NCBI RefSeq assembly: GCF_002571385.2
Contig: NW_019217954.1
Coordinates: 308,510-372,509 of the forward strand
From: Stylophora pistillata
Taxonomy: Eukaryota
DNA: 64,000 nucleotides
Direction: 5' to 3'
Shown here: positions 41,601 through 55,409 of the stretch, piece after piece
Layout: each line of letters begins with the position of its first letter
Position numbering within the stretch: position 1 is the first letter of the stretch
The notes under the pieces: model-generated
The model's database searches: none
What the model was told of the DNA's origin: nothing
The model's input: the letters and a program-made list of their open reading frames with translations, nothing else
Made by a program: the position numbers and the translations under genes

Positions 41601-44600
41601 CACAGGGGTCTCTCATATACAGACAGGGTTTATAGTTGGACATTTTGTCTCTGCCCTTACACAGAAGGTTGCCTCTAAGACCTCTAAGGAAACAAACCAC
41701 TCTGATGCTTTCCTGCCCCCCCCCCTACTATGTATGGCCTGTGATAGTAGCAGAGCAAAACAGGTGAGGTTTGGGTCAGGTTGTGTGTAGAACTGTGTTC
41801 ATTACATGACCCAGCCCAGACTTCCTTCATATTTTCACTCCTCTGCTATCATAGCGCCATTTACTGTCTAGCTTCGTGTAACGCTTTTACTCCCAGATGT
41901 GATTAACATGTAACTCATCCCTATGATGTCCTTATATATACATTAACCAGCAAACAGGCAATGAGAATACTCAGACTTATCAGGTTGAAGTTGTTATCTT
42001 GATCTTCAGCTGTAACACCAAATTCTTGTAATGGAAAAATGTAAAGGAAATATCCATCAGCTAGAAGGGAAAATTAACAAGAAGGTTAAATTCTGACCTT
42101 ACAGTGTGGCATTCTCTAATTAACCCAATGCATCCTATAGATGGTCATTTCTGTTTATTTTCCAGCTTTGTTTGCCCCAAGGACTGACGTTCAAGAAGGA
42201 ATCCGAATATCATGAACCACATTTTCACTCTTTTCTTATTACTCGTGAAGATGGCTCCAGGGTTTATGGCTGTGCTCTTACCTTCTATGAAATCGTCAAA
42301 GATGCTGAGATCTGCAAAGCAATGGATACGCTGCAGGCAATGCATGATGCAGAGCTAGCCATTGCAGAATCAAGGTCTCGCTCAAAATCTCCAGTTTTTG
42401 CCACAAAGAACAGTGCTGCATCAATGGAAACAGATAATCACAGTGAATATTTAAACACCAGCTCTGACATGCTCAATATTTCTAACAGGAAATCGTTTAA
42501 TGTTAAGAAAGATACTCTTCTAGTTTCAAAATCAATCTCTATCATAATGCCATTCCCATTTATCTCTGCTGGAAAGGGTTTCCTTGAGCAGATTTTGGGG
42601 GCCGTGCACAATGAGGAAAACTTACCACTTCCTTTGGAATCATACATTTATAATCTCCTGTTTGAGGTGCCACTTCCACCACCTGGAAAAACAATGAGAT
42701 TCAACTGCAGTGACTCAAGCATCACCTGTCAAAGACCTGGTGCAAATGAGCTCCCTCTCTTTGATTATTCATTTAAGGAGCTTTTCACTTTGCTTGGTAC
42801 TGAGAATGTTGTGAAGCTGTTTACATGTACCCTTTTGGAACAACAGATTTTATTATTATCAAATGGTAAGTAGGATAAAATTAATTACCATTTATTTTTT
42901 TAAATTATTTATTTCATAATAGCTTCCCTCTTTATACCCAAAATGAGAAAGCTCATTTTATGAATTGTTTCATAAAACCATAAAGTGAAGTATGGCTCAA
43001 GTTAATTATTACATTATTGGACTAATTACTCTTGTAAAGGTATACACCGTAGGATGGTGTACAAGATGTACAAATCTGTGAAAGGACAATTTCTGCTTTG
43101 ACTGAACTTACATGTTGAGCTGCCACTGATATCTTGGCATCAATTGGGATAACACTGTTATTCTCTAAGTTCCAGTGTTTGAAAAGTGGCTGACCAATTA
43201 GCCTTGAATTAAAGGTTTTTGATAAACTTAACTGCATATTGTTGATAAATGCCATTTAATTTTAACCCTATAACTCCCAAGAGAGACCAAGACAGAATTT
43301 CTCCTTACAACATCATTACAATATCAAGCAGACAATTATTGAGAATTTAAAAAAAACTATCAACAAAGGTAAGTTTAGTTGATGCAATACCAAATTCGCC
43401 AAACTTACATGATAAGAATTATATGGTACACAGTAAGGAGAATTGCTAAGAAGATCTTGGGAGTAAAAGGGTAAAGACAACCTTACTGCTAATGATTTAA
43501 ATGTTAGGAATCACTGTTTACAGTAGGTATAGATAAAAGACCTAAAATTTATCATCATCTTTTCAACAGACTTCCACAAGTTTATGTTGGTGGCAGAGAG
43601 TGTGACAGCAGTTCTTTTTCCTTTTGTTTGGCAACATGTGTATGTTCCAATTTTACCAGCAGCTCTGTCACATTTCCTTGATGCACCAGTGCCTTTCCTG
43701 ATGGGAATTTACTGTGCTTCTGAAGAGGATAAAAGGAATCTGTGTCTTCCATCTGAGGTGCATTTTAAATTAAATTTTATTGTATTTGTTTTCTTTGTGG
43801 TGAAATTCCATTTTGACTAGGATGTTTTATGAAGTTTTGTGGTAATGAAAATACATTGCAGAATTTAAGAACTAATATCAACATTGAGTATTGGATTATT
43901 TTATCCTAGGCTTCCCTCTGCTTAGTAGATATAGACAACTGCACTGTATCAATGCCAGAGGATCTTCCTGTGTTTCCCGATGAGCAAGAGCTGATAGAAG
44001 AGCTGACTGATACTCTGAAGAGATTTAATGTGTGTTTACCCCTTGAAAGTTTAAGTCAACCAGGAAGTGGAATGAATAGTTTGGAAAACTCTTTAGAAAT
44101 TCCACAGGAAAATAGCTTCACACAAACTACAAATGGCAGTTCTGATTATGAAACTGGAAGCAATTGTGACTCTCCAAGAGGATCACCTCGTACCAGGTCA
44201 CCTATTCCTGGATCACCACACTCAAGGTCACCCCGCTCTGGGTCACCCCGCTCTGGGTCACCGCGCTCTGGGTCACCCCGCTCTGGGTCACCCCGCTCAG
44301 GGTCACCTGTTCTACAAGCCAAGAAAATCAAACATAAAGACTCACCAAAGAGATCCAATAGAATGAAGGCTCATGGCAAAGTTGAATCTAAAGTACCCAA
44401 GTCTAAATCTTCTACCAGCTTGGATGTTACAAAAAATCCCAGGTTGCAGGCAATTGCTGCAATTGCAGAGAGGACTGGTATAATAGCACCAATTTCAACT
44501 GTTGCATCAAACTTAGAAAAATCTGTTTCTGATACACAGCTGCAGCAATTTGCTGGTATGGAGAATGAGTTTATTTTGGGAGATGAGGCAAAAGAAATTT

Positions 44601-47600
44601 CGAGAAGTAAACAGCATGAAAATGAATTCAATATTGCTATTAGGGAGATATTTGCCAATCGATTCACACAGCTCCTGGTTGAGTATGAGTCATTTGTTAT
44701 TCAGCCTAAGCAAGATTTAGAAGATTGGACCTCAAACAGGGAACAAATGCAAAACTTTGACAAGGCATCCTTCCTTTCGGACCAGCCTCAGCAATTTCTT
44801 CCATTTCTCTCACCCTTCACTGAGACACAGATGTTTGCAAGCTTTATTGACATGAAGATAATGGGAATGTGGGAAGATCTTGACCCTAGATTGGCTGTGT
44901 TTGATCAGCGTGTGGAGAATTTAAAGTCAAGATTAGGAATCACAAGGTCACCTTCCTATGAGAAATGCATGACCCTTAAAAATGCAAGTGAGTGATTAAA
45001 ATGAAATTTTTAGATTGACATTTTTGAGTCACTATGAAGTTCCCCTTTGGGTTGCATGAATACAATTAATGTAATTATTTACATGATTGTATAATACTCA
45101 GCAGAAAAGATATATGATAGAACAAAGCACTCTTGCAATGTACCAAGTGTATTCAGCTATACAACGTCTACCAGGCACAGAACATCATCTTTCCTTTGAT
45201 CTCACTGGGAAAAAATACAATGGACATTGCATATTCTTCTTCTGTAAATTCTACATTTCTTAACAAAACTCATGTACAGTTCTTCAGGAAAGAGATTTGC
45301 AATGAGCTAAAAATTTAACTCTGATCTTCCTGATGCCTAAACATAGTCTCCTGGTAGTCCCTGTGTAGACCTCATTCAAGAGTTAACGGTGACATTTTTA
45401 TTTTATTAAGTACAGATACTTATTAGCTCCTTGTACCATACACAATACTGTAATCTCGCCTTCAGTATTAAGGGGCTTTTAGGTTGAAAGAGGGTATTAG
45501 GGCCTGGATACAAACATAAGTAGAAGAAATCTCTCACTATTTTATAACAACTCATGTTATGGTTTTATTTTCTTCACCTGTATTTTAGTCCAAGTTCTCT
45601 TGCGCCGTTCCAACTCAGTTGATCACATGGCAACTCAACCCCATAAGCTAAATATTCCAGAAATGAAAGGTCTGATTTTATTTGTTTCTATTTATTCATT
45701 TTATTCCTGACCACAAGAAAAGCTTCATCATTTAGACTACATGAAGCAGAACATTTATTTGTTATTACATGCATATTTTATTGCCATTGATTATTTGGTC
45801 CTTCTCAATAACCTTTTAATGTATCTTTTGTGTGTACATTTTGTAGTCAAAGGGAGTGGCTACTTCATGAACTTGAGTTCAGAAGTTCTATGTGATGGGC
45901 CCAACTCCAAGAGGTACACGTTAAGAATTTTACAATAAACAGTATTTTTGCTTGTCTTCAGTTAGTAAGTGCAAATAAACAATGGATGAGTTGACTCTAT
46001 GTGAAATGTGACGATTTTCCAAAAGGAAATTGAAATTTCATTGAATTGTTTATTTCTTTCATATACTTCCTGCTTTGTTTTGCACTTCTTTTTTTCGATT
46101 TTCAAAACTGGGACTTTTAAATTGATAATTAAAAATAACAATCATGATAAAGAATGTTTATAATAATTGGTATGTAATTTGGCGATAAAAGAATTTTTAT
46201 ATGATATTTATTTTTAGGATGTGATGATCTATAAAGTAAAATATTTTTCTAATATTCATAACATTGAGCAATTAATATGTGTGGGCTCCAGGGACCAGTC
46301 AGGGTTTTAGAGCTCTTGTTTTTACCAGATAACCATGGCATAAACAATGCAGTTTTCATTTTTAGATAGCTGCTGTAGAACATTTCATTTGTTGTCTCAA
46401 TTGCATGATGTACTCTAACTTGTTTTTTTTAGTGGTCATCAGTCCAAAGTGAAATGGAGAAAGAAGAGTCGGCAACAGCAGCAGTCTGAACACATTTTTC
46501 TCAATACCACCCAGGTATAACACATCCATCTTTCAAAACTAATTCTAGAAGATAATTATGTTTGTTTGCATCATGGTTTAAAATTTGTAAAGTTCATTAA
46601 ACCTACATTTATATCAAAGATACATACATTTCTTGCGCTTTTCATTATCATGCCGCATTTTTGTAATTTATGCTGTTTTTTTTTTTTTGTTTGCAAGAGA
46701 CTTATGATTCCAAGGAGATCTGTAATAATTTTCCAGTTTAGTAAAAATTACATGTTGACATATTCTGGGTGATTGATTCTATGGACTTAAGTGGAACCCA
46801 AACATAAACTCAGCTAGAAAGGTTGCTAGAAATGATAATTTTGTGGAGTGTTATTTTGCCACAGGATACATTTGATGTATAGGATGCTAGATGACTGTTG
46901 TGTGACATACTGAATAGAGAAATATTTTGAACATTTGGAAAATGCAACTATGCAGTAACACAATGTTCAATACCAGGATGGACTGTGTTTTACAAAACAT
47001 TTTAGAATGATGTGCTTTTTGTGACATGTAGTGTTTCTTTGGTTTGGTTTTCTTTTTTTTCAGCTGGTTTTTACTGGTATCGACAGTTAAAAAAAAAAAT
47101 AATTATGTGCTTTTGAATGTATTTTATTTCGTGTGGATGGCAAGACAATAAAATTCTAATGATAAGGGGTGTGGTGACACTCAATACAAGAATGCACAGT
47201 ATCATATCACAAGGTCACTGATGTTGACCTGATATTGGGTGTTATTCGCGAACTCATACATGCCTTGTCTGAGGAATATTTCCAAAGTGAAATTCCATTT
47301 CTTATTCCTTTTAAACCATAGTTTGAACAAACTGTGTTGTTAGTGTTACATACAAGTCATGTATTTGAATCATGTCTCTTGTAAAATTATTATATATTCA
47401 GTTATTTCTAATTTTAGGATGGGAAGAAGATGAGAGATAAATTGGCCTCAAGCATAAAGGTATCTTAACCTACGTGACATTTTCTGAAAAGTTGGGGTTT
47501 TTAGCATGAATGTAAAATGAAGCTACACTTTGATCATTAGTTTTTTGACATCCATCTTCTAGACTGCAATGGTGACAGTTAAATTTACAGTTGGGATGAG

Positions 47601-50600
47601 CCTACTAATGATGGATAAATCCAATGTGACATCTATATGATATTACAAAATATGCACCATGTATACAAGTCCTTTATGCTTGGAAATGCTTAATTAGACT
47701 CACTACTTTTTTAGACTTAGTTTGAAAGATGTTATGTAAATCCCCAAAGGAGAATATTTGATTTTGTCAGAACTCATTTAAAATTCACCTAATTTACTAT
47801 ACATGTAGGTCTTATATATATTGGTGAGAATCTCACATAACTTTGCAGTAAATGGTTTGAACCCGGGGGTAACATGTGAAGGTGTAGTCTGATCGTCCGG
47901 GTGAGTGTAGTCCTGAGAAGGACTGTTGTCGGTGGCAGTGACTGACGTTTCGACAACCTGTGCGGAAGTCATCATCAGAGTCAAGTGAATGATTGTTGTC
48001 AGTAGAATGTTCTTATTCCAGTTCGTGTGAAATGATCGGTTGGTTTTGCCGTGATGTTATTGGCTGTAAGACTCAAGTGACGTAAGTCGGTCGTGATTGG
48101 TAGACTTCCGCACAGGTTGTCGAAACGTCAGTCACTGCCACCGACAACAGTCCTTCTCAGGACTACACTCACCCGGACGATCAGACTACACCTTCACTCA
48201 CATAACTTTGTTACCAGACTTTATCTAGCCCTTTTGTATATTGTGTAGTTCCAGAAAATATCCATACCCCTCATGGAGGGTTTTCTGTTTAGGACCCCCC
48301 TCCCCCCCAGGAATTTCCATTTTAGAGGGGTATTCAAGGACCCCCCTCTCCCCTAGAATTTCCGTTATTTTGAAATACTCCTCTGGAAATATCATTACAA
48401 TTCACTTTTTTATATTAACTCCTTAAATTTTTTGCAGGTACATTTTCCTCTTCTTTGTCAAGTTCTTTGATCTTTTTCCTTTTAATTTATTTTGCCATCG
48501 GGAATTACTTTTCACCCTTGAAAGAAATTGAGGTGGATGCTTTTTGAATTTTAACCTAGCTATATTTTTCTTTTAAGAAATATATGCAGGAGGCTAAAAC
48601 CAAGAACACTCAATTTGGAGACATGGCATTGGAGTCAACTCAAACTGGCTTTATTGAGAAACTGCTAAAGGAATGCAAGCAGAAGGTAAAGATAGCTTGT
48701 AAACAAGACAGAGTTTTAGTGCTTCCTTTTACTGTATACTGTACTCCAACCATTTTGGAAATTCCGTTGGAGCAATTTGGCAGGGTGCATGAATTTGGAA
48801 TTGGGGAAAGCAAGAATTTACAAAACAATACAATTTAGTACTTTTGTGGTAAAAAGTACTTTAGAAAGTGTATCGAGACCATTGTTCAGTGGGCAATCCT
48901 ATCATAAAAAATTTAATGTTATGTGCATTCATGCGATACATTATGCATGATAGTATTTGTATTACAATGTATTCCTTCCAACATGGATCACAACACTTTA
49001 CCCTTCGATGATAAAAGGTGCTGCTCTTTTCACACCTGCAGGAATTTTTAAAAACACAAATTCTTGATATTCATTATTCTCTGCCCTTGGAAATGGTCAT
49101 ATTTTTTCTATGAATTGAGGAGGATATGAACTTCCTTTTTTCCTGACGTGAAAAGCATGGTTATTGCTTTCAGACCAAAAAAATTCTGGTGCAGAAGATG
49201 GGACAAGAAGCAGTGGATCTTGGACATTCTGATGCAAGTGTGTCAGGAGTGGAAGAGAATACATTAATAGCCAGTTTGTGTGATCTAGTAGAAAGGATTT
49301 GGAGCCATGGTCTGCAAACAAGAGAGGTACAGTTTAGACATTGTCCTTCACTTGCATCCAATGTAAATGCATATATTTCCCCCCCCCCCTGCTTTTATAG
49401 GAACTCTCTATCTAGAGCTTGATTTAAGAGGAACTCTCTATCTAGAGCTTGATTTAAGAGGGGGCCTATCAGACAATGGGGCTTATCAGAGAGGGGCAGA
49501 AGTTTATCAAAACCTTGTTTAGGACAAAATGGTGGTCCACAAGCTAAAAACCAGAGGTGGAGGCTATTGAAGATGGGTGGGGGGGGGTGCTTTGGAGAGA
49601 GTAGTAGGAGAGCCTACAAGGGAGTGTATGCTATGGACATCAAAGATTGTTGTTTCTCCAACAAGGAGAGTTGAATTGGGTTGAAATTTTCTGTATGCAC
49701 TGCTGCCTGGATTACCTTAGAATGAGGAATATTTTCACCCATGATGACATAGATGATTTAGAAAGCCATTTTGGAAGAAGGTCCACTAATTTAAAAGATA
49801 ATTTATCAGAAATTATGTTTTTTCTTTAATTTTAGGGTAAATCAGCTGTGTGGTCACACCTGTTAGCTTTCCAGCTTGAATGTGAAGAGTTAGAGGAGGA
49901 TATTGTATACAGTCAAGACACTAATAGTCTCTCACCCTCGGCAGGTACTATACTTTGTTATAGCATAACCAAAGTAAAGCATGCTCTCTGATTGGTCAAT
50001 GAGGTTTTGGTTGTGGCCTTTAAGCGAGAAAAAACATAGGCCCATCCCTTCCTTTTTTCACCGCTGGTTTGCTCTCCATACGCAAACGAGGCTGCGTGTT
50101 TTTGAGATATTTTGACGAATGGGAAACAAACACAATCGTACGCGGTGAATAAGTCCATACCGGGGAGCAATCAAAGAATACAGGGTCACTGAGGTTGATC
50201 TTGTGGGCATGGTTTGTGAGGATGGAAAATAACATAATTGGTACTACTGGGAAGCAGTGACATGGACGAAATGGTTCTGAATTCAGTATTCTTCCTGAAA
50301 TTAAGATGTCATTCAATTTCAAGTAAATAATTTGGATATATCAACAAAGTTGAAATGGTAAATTGGCCACCGTAACGATTACAAAAGCTGACGTTTCGAG
50401 CGTTAGCCCTTCGTCGGAGCTCCGACGAAGGGCTAAATATATCCAAAATATTTCGTTACCCACACCGACGCAGCCCCAAACAGTTTCTTTAGAAACTATC
50501 AGCCTTTATTCAATTTCAACTAAATATCCTCTGCTCTGCATGGATTAGCTGTCAGTCAAAGACATGTAATATTCAGGTTTATTTGTCATTATTGTAGGCA

Positions 50601-53600
50601 AACCTTTGTCTCATGATGATCGTGGTTTCAGTTTTATCTTTGTCTTCCTTTTGTCACTGTGTGGTACTAAGAATCCCTAATGCTGCGTATGTTGACTTTG
50701 TGTGGTTGTGACTTGGGGGGAGCTTGTCAATTGAATGTCATAAATCATTACCAAAGTAATCACAGCGTCCAGTCAGAAGAAAGGAAAACATCTCGAGGAG
50801 GTAGTGAGACCACGAACCAAATGCAAGCAAACTTGCTTAAAGCGCAGGAAAACTCTAGCAACTAAGTCACGACTGGTTCCAGTTTGACCTCTGATTGGTG
50901 GAGAGGCTGGGTGCAAGATTTTTTTAGACCAATCACAGAGGAACGTGGAGAAAACCAACGCGATCCCGGATTGTTTTCGACAATCGGTTCAAAATTATCT
51001 TTTGATTTGTTATTTTAGCCAACAAGGAAGCAGACAAACAGAGTCAGCTGAGAAGAAGGTGCACTTCACCTGACATCGCAAACATGCTGCAGTCCGTTCA
51101 GCTGTCACAGCAGCAGTCAACTATTGGCTCAATATTAGCTGATATGAGGTATGTGTCCTGTACACCAGCGATTATTATTGAGTTGTTGAGTGTATCTTAA
51201 AGACTCTGAATACCAGGATTTCTATGCACTTGCTTAGAGGCTCAGATAGTCAGCCTTAAATTACGCCATCTTTTTTGTAGAATAAATTGACGAACAATCG
51301 TCTGTGAAATTGACAGTGGTGATCTCGTTCTGTACTTATGTTTACCTCGCTAAGAGGTCTGCGCTAGAAAATTGTTTCTAATATTTAGGAAAGTATCCTT
51401 TCATGGAAAAATTTTGCTGCTATTATTTTACAAAACTTAATGATAGGAAGCGGTCTGAAACAACAACAAAACAAACAGGAGTGTTTTGGTTGGTCTCCCA
51501 CGCAAGTTGTTGGATTGCCAGAAAACACCCATTGCTCTCCTCTCATTTTTCCTCAAATAAAACAGCTTTTTCCTGCAGCCCCACTGCGTACTTGGTTATC
51601 TGCGTTCCTATCAGGCAGATTTTGATAATCTTTTTGCTTTCCATATTTTTTCCAAGGACAAGATACAATTTAACTTTTTTGTTCCACTAGCCATGTGCAG
51701 AGTATGATTGAAATCAAAACCGATATTGGACATGCTCGAGCCTGGATCAGGTGAGCTTAATTATGGATTATGGATGCCTGGATGTTAGCGTCAGTCATTT
51801 CATCTTTCCATTCAAAAACACGCAATTTAGAAACCAAGTTTCTGTCCTCTTCATGTTTATGATATCTCTTCTGTTTTATTCTTTGCCTCAAAGACTTGCT
51901 TTAGAGAAGAAGGTTATCTCCAGACACTTGAAGCAACTGCTTTCAAATACAAATCTTCTGAGGTAAGGAAGTGAATCTCCTTCGTCTTCAAATCGTTTTT
52001 GAAGAAATGTTGAAATTAAAACTATCCATGTTGAGCGAAAGCATTATAAAAAAATGAATAGACACTAATAATTATCACCCCTGCTTTTCAACAGGGAGAG
52101 GTACAAAGATTATGCCTTCTTACGAACAGAAGAAGAAAAGGAGCAGTTCCTGTATCATCTTCTTTCTCTCACTGCTGTTGATTTCTTTTGTTTTACAAAT
52201 GGTTTTCAGAATACAGGTTGGTATTTTATTTAATTTTCTTCTGCCCAGTCAAGTTCCTACTTCTGCTCTCAAAGACAAAATCTCACGGAAAAAAAAAATT
52301 GGACTTAATTTTTCTGATAGTAAACATTTTCCAGTACATCAAAAATTTAAGCGGTATTTCACGAACTTTAACCAAGATCATCGGTTAAAGCCCATAAACA
52401 CTACGCTTCCCTTTGGTCTATGAACCTATTAAAGGCCGTTCATAGTTATTAGATAGGGGCTTCGTGGGATTTTTTCCGGGGGGGAGGGGGGAATGCTAAA
52501 GACGTTCCAAAGGGGAATGGGTGGAGCTGGTAACGGCATGGGGTTTTTACCCATCGGGTTTGTTGGATTTGCAAGTTAGTCCTACGGCAGCACAGCCAAC
52601 CTTAACCCTATCCCAACCTCAGACGTTCACAAGTATTTTAGACGAGAAAGTATCACAGCTTAATCTCGTGTTTTTTGTTTTTTTTTTTAATTTGTTTATT
52701 TGTGTCTTCGTTGGATTTTTTTCATGGTTGCTCCATAGCCATTACATATAAGGTGGTGATCAAGACTGGTAAGCAGCTGGGAGGTAGCACTACGACAGCG
52801 CAGTCGTGGATGACTCTGGCCGGCAGCATTGCAGACACAGGTGTAATGAACATACCCAAGAATGAGAACGAGTTCAGATTTCAGGTAAGGAATTCACCTT
52901 CGAGTTACTTTTGCGTCAATTACGAAACTAAACCATGTGAAAAATAAAACTAGTGCGACTCAGGATTTGAATATGCTTAGTAAAGAGCATTGCATGTATT
53001 ATACTAGGTAGTAAATTATTTGACATTGACGAACTTTTAACATGCAAACACGAACCTAGATGTGGCTTTTTACATCCTGGAAACTACTCCTTCACGAATG
53101 AGCTTGTCTTTACCTTTAAGCAACCTCTTAGGACTGACTAAGCGTTTGAGTCATTCACACATCGTTCGTATTCAGAAAACTTTTACGTATCAACCCGATT
53201 AGACTTTCATCGCTTTTACCCTACAGTAGATTGATGGCACCAACTCCTTAGTTCTTCCAGAGAGCCTTGTTTTATAGATTTTGTATCTTGTAGTTAATTA
53301 CACAGAACATATTCTCCTCCATCCACAGCATGCTAACTTGGGAGTGTTGACAACACTCAGGATAGGACACGATAACACAGGTGAGACAATTGGCACAGTA
53401 TTCATTTCATGTATCATAGGTCTTGTGATAAATTAAACATTCCAACTGGCAACACTTCCACGGGAAGAGTACTATATAACCCCATACACTAATTATGCAT
53501 TCCACTTCTTTGTCTTTCACGACAAAACTTTAAAACAAAGTCTACTAGTCTGAATGCATAATTAATGTATGGGGTTATATGGTACTCTTGCCCGCTTCCA

Positions 53601-54309
53601 CCTCTCGGAGAAGTTAGAAGTGATTCCGTAGCTCAGTGAGCGCAACAACATGCATTGGAGCATATTTTCAAAACACCATGAATTTATATTTGGTTTAACC
53701 CGCGATACAAGCTTTGCTTTTGCTCCAGCATGAAAACGCGGAGCGAGAGAAAAAACTGCTGCCGCTTTCTTTTTTGGCTGAAGGAACGCTCGATAGCTGC
53801 GTCACTCTTGATGTTTTTTTTTTTTTCTTGAAAGATATAAATAGAAAACAAGTTTTAGGGATTATTCTATTTATTTGTCACAATCTTTTGTTTCGTCGTC
53901 GTTTTCTGCCTATCAGATGCGAAGTGAAGCGCTTGTGAGCGGTATCCTGCTCGGCAGAGGCTCCGTGTAGTAGCGTTGAACTCTCATTGGTTCTTTATTT
54001 AGAAGCTAACAAATTCGTTTTAATTGCGACCCAAATTTTAATCTGTTTTCATTCCAAGGTTATAGCCCAGGCTGGTTCATTGAACAAATCATACTCAAGA
54101 ATGAAGTGACGTCGCATATTTACAGGTGAGTACGACTTTCTATGAATTCTGTGGTCGCCAGTTTTAAAATGTGTGGAATGCTTCCTCTGTGACTTATTTG
54201 GTACTTCGTAGATTTTCATGTGGGCGTTGGCTTGCCAAGAACATGGATGACGGAAGTACAGAGAGGCTTCTTGTTGCAGAGCTTATGAAGACTAAAGGGA
54301 CTGAGGAAG
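38620..54309 (+). CDS. DENND5: DENN domain-containing protein 5 (Rab6-interacting; DENN, RUN and PLAT domains), 3'-incomplete
   Basis: Exons: 38620-38713 ([10 protein letters not shown]), 40706-40815, 42166-42865, 43570-43757 ([14 protein letters not shown]), 43910-44987, 45589-45669, 45847-45913, 46433-46514, 47418-47459 (tentative), 48578-48685, 49174-49326 ([21 protein letters not shown]), 49836-49944, 50598-50624 (tentative), 51019-51148, 51691-51750, 51894-51962, 52095-52216, 52739-52884, 53329-53380 (IGHDN), 54059-54125, 54212-54309 ([19 protein letters not shown]). The second RUN domain was not found in the window. Confidence 0.93.
41274..41524. mobile_element. Penelope-type hammerhead repeat, head-to-head inverted pair, TSD caaattgtaaatg
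   Basis: Inverted arms surround aatagctatt. The 13-bp duplication lies at 41261 and 41525. Confidence 0.85.
44222..44308 (+). repeat. Coding 15-bp minisatellite (RSGSP)n in DENND5
   Basis: gggtcaccccgctct units translate to [29 protein letters not shown]. Confidence 0.9.
47846..48196. mobile_element. Penelope-derived insertion with a 95-bp inverted repeat and a 14-bp TSD (ctcacataactttg)
   Basis: 47876-47970 is the reverse complement of 48103-48197. TSD at 47832-47845 and 48197-48210. Confidence 0.88.
47939..47983 (-). ncRNA. Minimal type I hammerhead ribozyme motif with an intact core
   Basis: UGACU-CUGAUGA-U-GAC(loop)GUC-GAAA-CG-UC^AGUCA, with a 5-bp stem I and a palindromic ACGU stem III. 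Confidence 0.8.
49399..49461. repeat. Direct tandem duplication of about 30 bp
   Basis: aggaactctctatctagagcttgatttaag occurs twice. Confidence 0.85.
50323..50510. mobile_element. Penelope-type hammerhead repeat, rearranged copy
   Basis: Family sequence with a central palindrome tagcccttcgtcggagctccgacgaagggcta, flanked by an attcaatttcaa duplication. Confidence 0.8.
53461..53594. mobile_element. Small foldback MITE
   Basis: cgggaagagtactatataaccccatacactaattatgcattc and its near reverse complement. Confidence 0.7.
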
Positions 54310-54430
54310 GTAAGATTTTTCATGCGGTATGTTTACAATATGTAATTATGTACTTACTAAGCGATTCAGGGAGGGTCAGACGGGATGATATTCGGCTCGA
54401 GGTCATGAAGGACGGACTGAACGCATCTCG

Positions 54431-55409
54431 TTATTGAATAATTATATTGTTGAAATTTAAAAACGATCTCTGGAAAAAATTATTAAAAAAACTACGAGCT
54501 TTCGACTGCCCGAACTGCAGTCTTCGACGGGTAAAATGAATGATAAGCAAGCGATGAGGGAATTTAAATAAAGACATGAACTGCGAAATGATGAGAATGT
54601 AAATGATTATGAATATTTGTAAAAAAAGGATGTTGTATTGTCCAGGTAACGGGCAAGAATTCTTATCTGCGTTAGGTGTCACTCTGGTATGCCACGCTTC
54701 TAATGTTTTTCTGGTTCTAAAAGTGCCTTTGTCAATAATTGACACGTTTTCAAAATCAATCGCGTGGTTGTTGGACCAGGCGTGATTAGCAATTCTAGAA
54801 CTTTTGGCCGCAGTTTTGATACTTCTCAAATGTTCCCTTTTTCGGGTATTAAAGGCTGTACTGGTTTCCCCAATATAACACCACGAACAATTTGCACAGG
54901 GAATTTTATACACGACGTTGGTCTGTGATCCATCGAAGGTCGGAATTTTGGAGCTGGGAACTGTTGTGTAGAGTGGTAAATGGTTTGTTTACAACTGTAA
55001 CATCATGTTTTTTGAGGACACGTGTCAAAGGTTCAGTTACTCCTTTGATGTAAGGAAGAGAATCGAAAGACGTGTGTGACTCGGCTGGTTCAACCATCTT
55101 GAAAAACATTCCAACACGTTCCTCTGGGGATACATTTGTTGTTGAGAATCGAGTTTTTCTATCCTGTGTGTTTTTGCGGATAAAGTTAGATGGATAGCCG
55201 TTGGACTCCAAAGCTGCATGGACATAATTTAGTTCACGCTTTTTTCCTTCGGAGCAATTGGGTAGATTTAGAGTCCTGTGCAGGAGAGTTGATGCTGTGC
55301 TGACCTTGTGTTGTCTATCGTGATGGGAATTAAAATCTAAGTATATGTCTGTATGAGTGGGCTTTCTGTAAACATCAACAACGATGACTCCATTTCTCCG
55401 GGAGACCAA
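54431..55409 (-). mobile_element. 5'-truncated Penelope-like retroelement (RT C-terminus, GIY-YIG endonuclease, 3' hammerhead-like motif)
   Basis: VYRKPTHTDIYLDFNSHH, LPYIKGVTE and YKIPCANCSWCYIGET...R.REH, with frameshifts. Degenerate hammerhead at 54493-54533. Confidence 0.9.

Noticed and set aside
44222-44308. Regular short repeats considered as a CRISPR-like array
   Set aside because: There are no spacers; this is a coding minisatellite in a eukaryotic exon.
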